In this document: positions 38,158 to 47,196 of the stretch, one piece after another
Layout: every line of letters begins with the position of its first letter
Position numbering within the stretch: the first letter of the stretch is position 1
Source of the DNA: Bacilli bacterium
GTDB taxonomy: Bacteria > Bacillota_I > Bacilli_A > RF39 > UBA660
DNA: 64,000 bases
Reading direction: 5' to 3'
Assembly (NCBI GenBank): GCA_900768345.1
Contig: CAAGCO010000007.1
Location: 64,953 to 128,952 of the forward strand
The notes under the pieces: generated by a model
Told to the model about the DNA's origin: nothing
The model's input: the letters and a program-made list of their open reading frames with translations, nothing else
The model's database searches: none
Made by a program: the position numbers and the translations under genes

Positions 38158-39624
38158 ATGAGTTATGCTAGTATAGAATTTTTATTGTTCGTACTTGTAC
38201 TTGTTTTTATATACTATGTATTTCCAAAAAAATATAGATATGTAGTATTACTTATTGGAAGCTTAATATTTTATTATTTATTTAGCGGAAAATATATAAT
38301 ATTTATATTGTTGTCATCTATAATTACTTATTTTGGCGGAAAATTAATAGAAAAATATACAGATAAAAGAAAATTAATATTAATTTTATCTATACTTTTG
38401 AATTTATCATTTTTGCTTGTGCTTAAGTATAATAATTTTTTTGGTGATATGTTTAGAGTTATAGGGGTTAATATTCCTTATAAGAAATTTATATTACCTA
38501 TTGGTATATCATATTATACTTTAGAAACTATTAGTTATCTTACTGATATATATAGAAAAAGGATGAAGGCTGAAAGTAATTACTTGAAAGTATTGTTATT
38601 TTTGGTATATTTTCCTCAGATAGTTGAAGGACCAATTGCAAATTATAGTAGACTTTCTAAAACATTATTTAATACTGAAAAGTTTAATTATGATAAATTT
38701 GTATCTTCTTTTGTTCTTATTGGCTGGGGGTTTGTTAAAAAACTTGTTATTGCTGATAGAGCAGGAATATTTGTGAGTAAGGTATTTGAAAATAATTATG
38801 GTGGAATTTTGTTAGTAATTGGGATAATTTTATATACATTACAAATATATGCTGATTTTAGTGGATGCATTGATATAGTGAGTGGTGTTTCAGAATTATT
38901 TGGTGTTAAGCTGGATGAAAACTTTAAACGTCCATTTTTTTCAAAATCAATACAAGAGTTTTGGAGAAGATGGCATATTACGCTTGGCACATGGCTAAAA
39001 GAATATGTTTTCTATCCAATAAGTTTGTCTAAAATAAATATGAAACTAAATTTGAAATTAATGAAAATGAAATCTAAATATTTATCTAAGTTTATAATTA
39101 CTGCTTTTCCTTTATTCTTTGTGTGGTTCTTTAATGGTATGTGGCATGGCGCTAGTTTTAAATATGTTGTTTATGGGCTTTATTATTATGTTCTTATGAT
39201 GATAGGAATATTATTAGAACCAATTTTTAAAAAAATAATAAGCGTATTCAAGGTGAATACTGAAGTATGGAGTTATAAATTTTTCCAAGCAATTAGAACA
39301 ATTTTCATAGTATGTTTTGGTATGTTTCTATTTAGAGTAGATAGTTTTGCACAAATGGGCGTGATGCTTCATAGTAAAGCATCTGCTGCATTATTCAGTT
39401 TAGGACTAAAAAAAGCAGATTTTGCTCTTTTAATAGTTGGAACTTTTATTATGTTGATAGTTGGAGTAATGCAAGAATTTAATATTAATATTAGAAAAGA
39501 ATTACAAAAACAAAATTTGATATTTAAATGGTTGGTGTATTATATAATAATTTTTTCAATTATAATATTTGGTATTTATGGTAAAGGATATGATGCAGCA
39601 AGTTTCATATATGGAGGTTTCTAA
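38158..39624 (+). CDS. dltB: MBOAT-family membrane acyltransferase (DltB-like)
   Basis: The MBOAT His block (WRRWHITLGTWLKEYVFYPI; MWHGASFKY) is present. The protein is 489 aa. Confidence 0.75.
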   Translation: MSYASIEFLLFVLVLVFIYYVFPKKYRYVVLLIGSLIFYYLFSGKYIIFILLSSIITYFGGKLIEKYTDKRKLILILSILLNLSFLLVLKYNNFFGDMFRVIGVNIPYKKFILPIGISYYTLETISYLTDIYRKRMKAESNYLKVLLFLVYFPQIVEGPIANYSRLSKTLFNTEKFNYDKFVSSFVLIGWGFVKKLVIADRAGIFVSKVFENNYGGILLVIGIILYTLQIYADFSGCIDIVSGVSELFGVKLDENFKRPFFSKSIQEFWRRWHITLGTWLKEYVFYPISLSKINMKLNLKLMKMKSKYLSKFIITAFPLFFVWFFNGMWHGASFKYVVYGLYYYVLMMIGILLEPIFKKIISVFKVNTEVWSYKFFQAIRTIFIVCFGMFLFRVDSFAQMGVMLHSKASAALFSLGLKKADFALLIVGTFIMLIVGVMQEFNINIRKELQKQNLIFKWLVYYIIIFSIIIFGIYGKGYDAASFIYGGF

Positions 39625-39625
39625 T

Positions 39626-40750
39626 ATGAGAAAACTATTAATATTTATAAGATTAGTTATATTTTTTACTATAATGTTTTTTGGAATAATTATCTTGGGT
39701 AAGATATTCACTCCTAAGTGGAAGAATGGAACATTGTCACAAGCAGATGGACAAGATTACACAATAAATGGTTATTACGAATTGACAAAAAACTCTATAG
39801 ATGTACTTTTTTTAGGAGATAGTAGTATATATAAAAGTGTTTCGCCTATGGAGATATATCAACAAACTGGAATTACCTCTTATAATTATAGTGTTAGTTC
39901 TGCTAGAATATATCTACTTTATTATATACTTGAAGATGCATATAAGTATCAAAAGCCTAAAGTTATAATGATGGATCCACTTACATTATTTTATACAGAA
40001 AAAGAAGTGGAACCTGAGCGAAGAAAATCTTTTGATTATATGAGATTTAGTAAAGTGAAATATAATATGATAAATGATAAGTTTTTTGAATTTAGCTTGA
40101 AAGAAAAATTAACATATTACTTTCCATTATTTAGATATCATTCAAGATGGGATAATATAAGTTTATCAAGTGTGAAAAGAACTTTCGGAAATTATCATTC
40201 TATAACTAAAGGATATATAATGTCAACCAAAATCAATCCTAGAAATAGCGGATTTAGTTATATGAATCCTAGTGGTAAAAAAATTGAAATGAAAGATTAT
40301 ACTAAAAAATATTTAGATATGTTTGTTAAATTTTGCAAAGATAATGATATAGATTTGATATTTCTTGGTATACCTGATACGAGGGCTTGGGGATATGAAC
40401 AAAATGAAGAACTAAAAAAATTAGTTAATGATTATAATGTTAAATATTTGGATTTAAATAATGATTCTTATGGCCTTGACTTTATGACGGATACTGAAGA
40501 TAAAGGAATGCATTTGAATCTTAATGGATCATTAAAAATTACTAATGAAATTGTTAAATATTTAAAAAATAATTATAATTTTGAAGATCGTAGAAAAAAT
40601 TCAAAGTATCAAAAATGGAATGATGATTTAGTGAAATATAATGAATTAAAGGAAACTAGATTAAAAGATTTAGAATATAAGATTGAGAATAAAATTTATG
40701 ACGTTAAAAAACAAAAAACTACAACTAAAAATATTAAAGATAAACATTAA
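39626..40750 (+). CDS. dltD: DltD-like / SGNH-type membrane-anchored esterase partner
   Basis: It has an N-terminal TM helix and a block-I-like FLGDSS motif. The call rests on its position after the MBOAT gene in the dlt-like module. A GGAGG Shine-Dalgarno precedes it. Confidence 0.45.
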   Translation: MRKLLIFIRLVIFFTIMFFGIIILGKIFTPKWKNGTLSQADGQDYTINGYYELTKNSIDVLFLGDSSIYKSVSPMEIYQQTGITSYNYSVSSARIYLLYYILEDAYKYQKPKVIMMDPLTLFYTEKEVEPERRKSFDYMRFSKVKYNMINDKFFEFSLKEKLTYYFPLFRYHSRWDNISLSSVKRTFGNYHSITKGYIMSTKINPRNSGFSYMNPSGKKIEMKDYTKKYLDMFVKFCKDNDIDLIFLGIPDTRAWGYEQNEELKKLVNDYNVKYLDLNNDSYGLDFMTDTEDKGMHLNLNGSLKITNEIVKYLKNNYNFEDRRKNSKYQKWNDDLVKYNELKETRLKDLEYKIENKIYDVKKQKTTTKNIKDKH

Positions 40751-41192
40751 TTCTAAAAAGATTAATGTTTCTTTTAATATAAAAAATAAGTATTATAATG
40801 CTGAATATTATCTTATTAAAAAAGGGTTATATAGATATTTTAATATAGATAAGTTTAAAATATTATATAGTAAAAATGGTAAACCATATTTAGATAATGA
40901 TATTTATTTAAGTGTTTCTCATGATAATGATATGGTAGTTGTTGCTTTATCTAATGTTCCGGTAGGAATAGATATTCAATACTATAGAAAATTAAATGAT
41001 AATAGTTTGCCAGAGATAAAAAAGATTTTAAATATAGAAGGCAGTGTAATTACTAGTTTTTCTATAAAAGAATCTATATTAAAATTAAATGGAGATGTAT
41101 TTAAGAATATAAATAATTATGATATAAATGATTATCATGTTTTATATCATTATTCTAAAAAGTATATAATAACTTGTGTTTATTCAAAATAA
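40698..41192 (+). CDS. Sfp-type 4'-phosphopantetheinyl transferase
   Basis: The motifs are GKPYL; LSVSHDNDMVVVALSNVPVGIDIQ; FSIKESILKLNG (W/FxxKES). The start is uncertain (40683 or 40698) because the gene overlaps the 3' end of the dltD-like gene. Confidence 0.6.
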   Translation: MTLKNKKLQLKILKININSKKINVSFNIKNKYYNAEYYLIKKGLYRYFNIDKFKILYSKNGKPYLDNDIYLSVSHDNDMVVVALSNVPVGIDIQYYRKLNDNSLPEIKKILNIEGSVITSFSIKESILKLNGDVFKNINNYDINDYHVLYHYSKKYIITCVYSK

Positions 41193-41402
41193 AATATTAA
41201 TATATTAATATATTAATATTTATTATTATATGTTATACTTTAAATAGGAGGATATACAAAAAATTGTATTAAAAGTGATAATGATAAAAGAGATTAAAAA
41301 AATTTTTAAGAAATTATTTTTATCTAATAAAAAAATTATATTTCTAAGCCAACAGAATTATTAAAAGTTAAAAATAATGTCTTTATAGGTAATCTTCCAA
41401 AG

Positions 41403-42131
41403 ATGACTAACTCAAAAATTATATTCAATGGAAAAAATAATATATTATTTTGTGATGAAAATGTTTGTTTAGAAGATTCTATTTTAAATTTTGAATGTAA
41501 TAACTCGGTTATATACTTATCAAGTAATAAACATAAATATAAAATTAAAGTTGATATTAGAAATAACTCTGTTTTTTATATAGGTGAAAATTGTTATTTT
41601 AATAATTTAGCAAATATATATTTATCGGAAGAAAAAAATATTATTATAGGTGGTAATTGTTTATTTTCAATTAATATTTTTATGCGTACCGCAGATCCAC
41701 ATCTGATATATGATATTAATACTCATAAAAGAATTAATTTATCTAAAAGTATATATGTTGGAGATCATGTATGGATAGGACAAGGTACATTGATACTAAA
41801 AGGTACTAATATTGGATCTGGTACTGTTATAGGTGCTTGCAGCTTAGTTTCGAATAAAAAACTAAATTCTAATAGCATATATGCCGGTAATAAACTAAGA
41901 TTAATAAAAGAAAATATATTTTGGGATGGTAAATGTGTTCATAAATGGACGAATTCTACTACTGAAAAATATATGTTTGAGTTAGATGATAAATATATAT
42001 TTAAAAAAAATAAAATAAATAATTTTGATATTATTGAAAATAATTTAAATAATTTAGTTACCTCTAATGAAAAATTTAAATATCTAAATTCAAAATTGAA
42101 AATTAAAGATAAAAATAGATTTTCAATATAG
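41403..42131 (+). CDS. Hexapeptide-repeat (left-handed beta-helix) acyl/acetyltransferase
   Basis: Tandem hexapeptide repeats are visible (IGDHVWIGQGTLILKGTNIGSGTVIGACSLV). Confidence 0.65.
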   Translation: MTNSKIIFNGKNNILFCDENVCLEDSILNFECNNSVIYLSSNKHKYKIKVDIRNNSVFYIGENCYFNNLANIYLSEEKNIIIGGNCLFSINIFMRTADPHLIYDINTHKRINLSKSIYVGDHVWIGQGTLILKGTNIGSGTVIGACSLVSNKKLNSNSIYAGNKLRLIKENIFWDGKCVHKWTNSTTEKYMFELDDKYIFKKNKINNFDIIENNLNNLVTSNEKFKYLNSKLKIKDKNRFSI

Positions 42132-42203
42132 TATATAGCCATTTTATATAATTTGTTTTTATTATAAATATATGATAAAATAGTTAATGCTTGAGGAGAA
42201 AAA

Positions 42204-42992
42204 ATGAAAAGATTTGTAAATGATTTAAAAAAATATAAAAATTATATTATGTATGCAACATGGGCTGAGCTTAAAACTGAAGTAATAAATTCATATTTAG
42301 GATTTTTGTGGATGATTTTAGAACCACTTGCATTTATGCTTATATATACATTTATTGCAACGATTGTATTTAAATCTAAAGTTGAGTACTTTCCAGTCTT
42401 TGTATTTATTGGTTTGTCAATATGGAACTTTTTTAACAAGATGGTAACTACATCAGTCAAATTAGTTGCTTCCAATAGAGATACTGTTACTAAAGTATAT
42501 TTACCTAAATTTGTTTTATTACTTATAAAAATGGGTGTAAATGCATTTAAAATGGCAGTTTCATTTTTGCTTGTTATTTTATTTATGTTTATATATAAAG
42601 TTCCTGTCACATGGAATGTTTTATGGTTTATACCTATAATTATATCTGTTATGGTATTTACGTTTGGATGTTGTACATTAGTTATGCATTTTGGTGTATT
42701 TGCAGAAGATTTAACTAATTTAGTTAATATTGCTCTTAGAATGATATTTTATTTAACTGGTATTTTCTATGATATTAGTTCTAAAATTCATAATGTGTTA
42801 TATAGAACTATTTTATTAGATTTAAATCCAATAGCTAATTTTATTTATAATATGAGAAATGTTCTTATATATAAAAGTGCTCCAGTTGGAATGTGGACAC
42901 TTGTATGGTTCTTAGTTGGTATACTGCTTTGTATGTTAGGTATTAATACAATATATAAATATGAAAATACATATGTAAAGGTGATGAAATAA
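42204..42992 (+). CDS. tagG: ABC-2-type polymer-export permease (TagG/Wzm-like)
   Basis: The 262-aa protein has six TM helices and is translationally coupled to the downstream ATPase. Confidence 0.7.
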   Translation: MKRFVNDLKKYKNYIMYATWAELKTEVINSYLGFLWMILEPLAFMLIYTFIATIVFKSKVEYFPVFVFIGLSIWNFFNKMVTTSVKLVASNRDTVTKVYLPKFVLLLIKMGVNAFKMAVSFLLVILFMFIYKVPVTWNVLWFIPIIISVMVFTFGCCTLVMHFGVFAEDLTNLVNIALRMIFYLTGIFYDISSKIHNVLYRTILLDLNPIANFIYNMRNVLIYKSAPVGMWTLVWFLVGILLCMLGINTIYKYENTYVKVMK

Positions 42993-43732
42993 TGAAGAAA
43001 GAGGAAATGGCAATTACTGTAAAAGATTTACATGTGTATTATAGAGATATGAATAGATTCTCTTTGAAAAAGGGAGGATTAAAAGCACGTGGATCTGGTA
43101 AGATATTTAAGGCAATAAAAGGTGTATCATTTGAGGTGCCTAAAGGTCAAATCTTAGGTATTTGTGGTAAGAATGGTAGTGGTAAGAGTACAATGCTAAG
43201 AGCTATCTCTGGTATATTTAGTGCTGATTCTGGTAGTATTAATTTACATGGTAATAGTATATCATTGTTATCAATAGGAGTAGGTTTTCAAAAACAATTA
43301 ACTGGATATGAAAATATATTCTTATCAGGTATGCTACTTGGATATTCAAAAGAGCAAATAGAAGAAAAAGTAAATGATATCATAGAATTTAGTGAGTTAG
43401 GAGATTTTGTATATAGACCTGTTAGAAGCTATAGTTCAGGTATGTATTCTAAACTTGCTTTCTCTATAACAGCTATACTTGAAACTGATATTATGTTAAT
43501 TGATGAAGTTCTTAGTGTAGGTGATATACATTTTAAAGAAAAAAGTTATAACAAAATGAAAGAACTTATTAGTAATGATGAGAGAACTGTTGTTATAGTT
43601 TCTCATAATAGTAATACTATTAAGGAACTATGTGATAAAGTTATTTGGCTTCATGATGGTCTTATTAAAGATCAAGGAGATCCAGAAGTAATAATGGATA
43701 AATATGAAGAATTCATGAGAAATGAAGGATAA
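42992..43732 (+). CDS. tagH: Polymer-export ABC ATPase (TagH/Wzt-like)
   Basis: Walker A is GKNGSGKST, the signature is YSSGMYSKL and Walker B is MLIDEVL. A terminator lies at 43738-43762. Confidence 0.75.
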   Translation: MKKEEMAITVKDLHVYYRDMNRFSLKKGGLKARGSGKIFKAIKGVSFEVPKGQILGICGKNGSGKSTMLRAISGIFSADSGSINLHGNSISLLSIGVGFQKQLTGYENIFLSGMLLGYSKEQIEEKVNDIIEFSELGDFVYRPVRSYSSGMYSKLAFSITAILETDIMLIDEVLSVGDIHFKEKSYNKMKELISNDERTVVIVSHNSNTIKELCDKVIWLHDGLIKDQGDPEVIMDKYEEFMRNEG

Positions 43733-43831
43733 GAAATCTACTTATGTAGATTTTTTATTTGTGTAAATAAATGTAAAACTAATTGTTAACAAATTGTTAA
43801 TTTACTATAATATCTACAAAGGAGAAAAAAT

Positions 43832-44881
43832 ATGTACGATACAGTTATTATTGGTGCTGGTCCTGCTGGAAGTACTTTGGCAAGACAAATTTCTAAAAGT
43901 AATAAAAAAATATTAATAATTGATGCAGAAAATGAGAAGAATAAAAAACCTTGTGGAGGTTTACTTGCTCCAGATGCTCAAAAAGAATTTGCTCATTATG
44001 ACTTAGTACTTCCTAAAGATATATTAGTTAGCCCTCAAATATTTTCTGTTAAAACAATGGATTTAGTAAATAGACAAGTTAGATATTATCAAAGATATTA
44101 TTTAAATATGGATAGATATAAATTTGATAAATATTTAGTATCGTTAATACCTGATAATGTTAAAAAGATAAACGGAAGAGTAGTCAGTGTTAAAAAAGAA
44201 GAAGATTATATTATTGAAGTTTTAGATAGTGGTAAGAAAAAAATAATTAAATCTAAAATGATAGTTGGTGCTGATGGATGTAATTCTATAGTTAGAAGAA
44301 CATTTTATAAAAATGATATTATGAAATATATGGCAATTCAAGAATGGTATAAATGTGTTGATTCAAGTAATTCTTTTTATTCTTGTATTTTTGATAGAAA
44401 AACAAGTAGTAGTTGTTCTTGGTTAATTCATAAAGATGAGTATTTAATATATGGTGGAGCTTTTGATATTAAAAACTCTAAAGATAAGTTTTTGGAACAA
44501 AGAGAAAGACTTTCTAAGTTTTTGAGTATTGATTTAAGTAATCCTGTAAAACGTGAAGCATGTCTTGTTTATAGGCCTAAAAAATATAGGGACTTTGTTA
44601 CAGGAAAAGATGGTGCTTATTTAATTGGAGAAGCTGCTGGATTTATAAGTGCAAGTTCTTTCGAAGGAATAAGTAGTGCTATTAGAAGTGCTGATATACT
44701 ATCTAAAATAATAAATAAAGAAAATAATATTAAAAAAATAACTAGATTATATAGAGTTAACACTATTAAACTTAAAATAAAATTAAGACTTAAAGTTATT
44801 AAGAGATGGTTTATGTATACTGATATAGTTAGAAATATTATTATGAAGTTAGGTGTAGATTCTATTAAATTAAATAAATAG
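43832..44881 (+). CDS. FAD-dependent oxidoreductase (geranylgeranyl-reductase-like family)
   Basis: The N-terminal dinucleotide-binding motif is YDTVIIGAGPAGSTLA. A later GADGCNSIVRR motif is present. Confidence 0.6.
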   Translation: MYDTVIIGAGPAGSTLARQISKSNKKILIIDAENEKNKKPCGGLLAPDAQKEFAHYDLVLPKDILVSPQIFSVKTMDLVNRQVRYYQRYYLNMDRYKFDKYLVSLIPDNVKKINGRVVSVKKEEDYIIEVLDSGKKKIIKSKMIVGADGCNSIVRRTFYKNDIMKYMAIQEWYKCVDSSNSFYSCIFDRKTSSSCSWLIHKDEYLIYGGAFDIKNSKDKFLEQRERLSKFLSIDLSNPVKREACLVYRPKKYRDFVTGKDGAYLIGEAAGFISASSFEGISSAIRSADILSKIINKENNIKKITRLYRVNTIKLKIKLRLKVIKRWFMYTDIVRNIIMKLGVDSIKLNK

Positions 44882-44924
44882 ATTTTTCATGTAAAATTTG
44901 CTACAATATAATAGGTGAAAAAAT

Positions 44925-45509
44925 ATGAATATATATGATTTTGATAATACAATTTATAAAGGAGATACTAATAAAGATATATTACTTTACTCATTTAAAA
45001 AACATCCATTTAAAGTAATTAAAGCATTAAAGAAAACTAAAAAATTAGAACGTGATTATAAAAGAGGTCTTGTTACTTTTGAAAGAGTTAAAGAGGCTAT
45101 GCTATCTTTCTTATTTGAAATAGATGATTTAGATGGATATATTGAAAAGTTTGTTAGTTCTCATATGAAGAATATAAAACCTTGGTACTTATCTAGAAAG
45201 AGCGATTATGATATAGTTATAAGTGCTTCTTATGAACTTTGGATTATTCCTTTTTGTAGAAAACTTGGTATTAGGTATGTACTTGCTACTAAAACTGATA
45301 AAGAAGGGCATATAATTGGAAAGAATTGTAAAGGTGAAGAGAAAGTTAAGAGACTTGCGAGTACTATTCCTAATGCTCAAATAGTTACTTCTTATAGTGA
45401 TAGTGAAAGTGATTTACCAATATTAAATTTAGCTAAAACTGCATATGTAGTTGAAGGAAACAAGCTAATACCATATACTAAAGGTTATAAGTTTAAGAAT
45501 AAAAATTGA
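44925..45509 (+). CDS. HAD-superfamily hydrolase
   Basis: The N-terminal DxDxT motif reads YDFDNTIY. The protein is 194 aa. A terminator lies at 45515-45537. Confidence 0.5.
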   Translation: MNIYDFDNTIYKGDTNKDILLYSFKKHPFKVIKALKKTKKLERDYKRGLVTFERVKEAMLSFLFEIDDLDGYIEKFVSSHMKNIKPWYLSRKSDYDIVISASYELWIIPFCRKLGIRYVLATKTDKEGHIIGKNCKGEEKVKRLASTIPNAQIVTSYSDSESDLPILNLAKTAYVVEGNKLIPYTKGYKFKNKN

Positions 45510-45597
45510 TACTAGTAATAGTATCTTTTTAAATTTTATAAGTAATAATTTGTAAATTATTTACAATATGTATTAAAATATGATAAACTATTGTTAG

Positions 45598-45674
45598 TGA
45601 AGAACCTGACCCCTGTAGGCTAGGTATCACGTGTTTGTGTAATACCTAACTACAAAGTGAGTTAGGTGTTTTTA
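45598..45674 (+). ncRNA. Candidate antitoxin sRNA of type I TA copy 2, with a terminator hairpin
   Basis: The hairpin ACCTAACTAC-aaagtg-AGTTAGGT is followed by GTTTTTATT, convergent with the toxin ORF. A possible -35 (TTTACA, about 45561) and a TGATAAACT -10-like element lie upstream. The element is conserved with copy 1. Confidence 0.4.
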
Positions 45675-45764
45675 TTAATTTAAAAAAATTAATAAAATTA
45701 TTATAAAAAGTAATAAGATAATAATAACAAGTAATATGCTTATCAAAAATTCTTTTTTACTCAT
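45675..45764 (-). CDS. Candidate type I toxin peptide (29 aa, hydrophobic)
   Basis: The minus strand reads GGAGGCGATATTGT ATG AGT AAA AAA GAA TTT ... TAA, giving MSKKEFLISILLVIIILLLFIIILLIFLN. The stop lies 1 nt from the convergent hairpin. Confidence 0.5.
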   Translation of the reverse strand: MSKKEFLISILLVIIILLLFIIILLIFLN

Positions 45765-46076
45765 ACAATATCGCCTCCGTATTGTCCCCCTGAAGAGAAA
45801 AATAACTTTGGTGACACCTAGCCGCAGGCACTTCGATATGTAGAGTAGCATATATGAAAAAGTAACACAAATAGATATATATAATTTTGGTATATATATT
45901 TTATAGTGAAAGTTATATTTTTTCTTAGATAAAAATTAATTTTTAATTATTGTTTAATATATAAAATTTAATTTTAAGTAAAATTTAAAAAAATACTAAT
46001 ATATGATGCTTAATTAGTGTTTTGGTTGTTTACTTTAATGTTTTGCTTAATAAAATAGTATGTTAACCAAAAAAGG

Positions 46077-46105
46077 TTGACATACTTTTTAAATTAGTGT
46101 ATATT
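46077..46105 (+). promoter_or_regulatory. Sigma-A promoter of rpsP (TTGACA, 17 nt, TATATT)
   Basis: TTGACA lies at 46077-46082 and TATATT at 46100-46105. A GAGGAGGAG Shine-Dalgarno follows. Confidence 0.5.
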
Positions 46106-46130
46106 ATTAATCACTGAGGAGGAGAAAGAT

Positions 46131-46400
46131 ATGGCAGTTAAAATTAGACTTAAAAGAATGGGAGCTAAGAAAAGACCTTACTATCGTGTTGTTGTAGCTG
46201 ATTCTAGAGCTAAAAGAGATGGTAATGTTATTGAATCTATAGGAACTTATATGCCTTTAGAAGCTACTAAATATAATGTTGATAAAGAAGCAGCTTTAAA
46301 ATGGCTTAAGGAAGGAGCTCAACCTACAGATACAGCTAAGAACATTTTAAGTGAAGTAGGTGTTATGGAAGAATTCCATAAATCTAAAAATAGTAAATAA
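46131..46400 (+). CDS. rpsP: 30S ribosomal protein S16
   Basis: The N-terminus reads [31 protein letters not shown]. Confidence 0.9.
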   Translation: MAVKIRLKRMGAKKRPYYRVVVADSRAKRDGNVIESIGTYMPLEATKYNVDKEAALKWLKEGAQPTDTAKNILSEVGVMEEFHKSKNSK

Positions 46401-46642
46401 TGAATTTAGTTGAATTTTCTGAATTAATAGTTAAAAAATTAGTTAAAGAACCTGATTTAGTTAAAGTTCAAGAATTTAGTAGTGATGATGATACTACTAT
46501 TGAAATACTTGTATCAGAAGCTGATATGGGTAGAGTAATTGGTAAAAAAGGTAAAATTGCTACTAGTATTAAAACTTTAATACAAGCTAAAGCTTATAAT
46601 GAGGGTAATAGAAAAGTTAAAGTAAACATAGATTCATTTTAG
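46400..46642 (+). CDS. KH-domain RNA-binding protein (YlqC-like)
   Basis: It is 80 aa with a GRVIGKKGKIA KH motif and is coupled to rpsP. A terminator lies at 46645-46668. Confidence 0.75.
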   Translation: MNLVEFSELIVKKLVKEPDLVKVQEFSSDDDTTIEILVSEADMGRVIGKKGKIATSIKTLIQAKAYNEGNRKVKVNIDSF

Positions 46643-46682
46643 AAATAGTTAAACTATTTCTTTTTTTAAAGGGGATTTATTT

Positions 46683-47165
46683 ATGACTATGGAAGATAGA
46701 ATTTTATATGAAATTTATTTTGGATATCAAGGATTAAGTAATGAAGAAGGAGATTATTACATTGACATAATCAGACATACTAAAGAGGTTACTGATAGTG
46801 AAGTTAATGTTGGTACTTCAGATTCTACAGCTTATGACCTTGTTATGATGAGTCTTAAAAAATTAGAAACTGGTGAAGTTGGGTTTAATGGCGCTATTTC
46901 TAATGGAAATGAAAATAAATGTTTAGAAGGTGTTATTAAGAAAATTGGAGATAGAGTATTTGTTACTAGCAAACTAGTAAGTTTACATCCTTCAATTCCT
47001 GAAAAGAAACCTTATGATGTTATTGACTATTTTACTTTTAAAGGAAAAAATGTTTTAAGAAAAACAAGTTATTCTGATGGTAAATATTTTGAAACAATCA
47101 TGGAACCATTTAAGAAAGAAGAAATAGATGCATTTGTTCAAAGTAAAGCAGATCATATGAAATAA
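46683..47165 (+). CDS. Hypothetical protein (160 aa)
   Basis: An ORF with an upstream GGGGA Shine-Dalgarno. A bidirectional terminator lies at 47178-47205. Confidence 0.4.
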   Translation: MTMEDRILYEIYFGYQGLSNEEGDYYIDIIRHTKEVTDSEVNVGTSDSTAYDLVMMSLKKLETGEVGFNGAISNGNENKCLEGVIKKIGDRVFVTSKLVSLHPSIPEKKPYDVIDYFTFKGKNVLRKTSYSDGKYFETIMEPFKKEEIDAFVQSKADHMK

Positions 47166-47196
47166 CCTGGAATGGTAAGATAAAAGAAGCTAATTA

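Noticed and set aside
41193-41230. A short AT tandem (ATATTAATATATTAATATATTAATATT) after the PPTase gene looked like a mini-repeat or CRISPR-like fragment.
   Set aside because: It is only three copies of an 8-nt AT unit in a 25% GC genome, with no spacers or cas genes. It is probably a slippage-prone AT tract or part of a terminator or UP element.
41274-41364. A small ORF (MIKEIKKIFKKLFLSNKKIIFLSQQNY) between the PPTase and the acetyltransferase, preceded by AGGAGGA.
   Set aside because: The Shine-Dalgarno sits more than 25 nt from the only ATG. The peptide is Lys/Ile low-complexity and typical of AT-rich intergenic DNA. There is no supporting signal, so no call is made.
13200-45600. The 32-kb segment bounded by the two paralogous TA/hairpin elements could be a mobile or genomic island flanked by direct repeats.
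   Set aside because: The interval contains the essential suf operon and core wall-polymer genes, and no integrase, recombinase or tRNA target. The two elements are more simply two dispersed copies of a small TA family.
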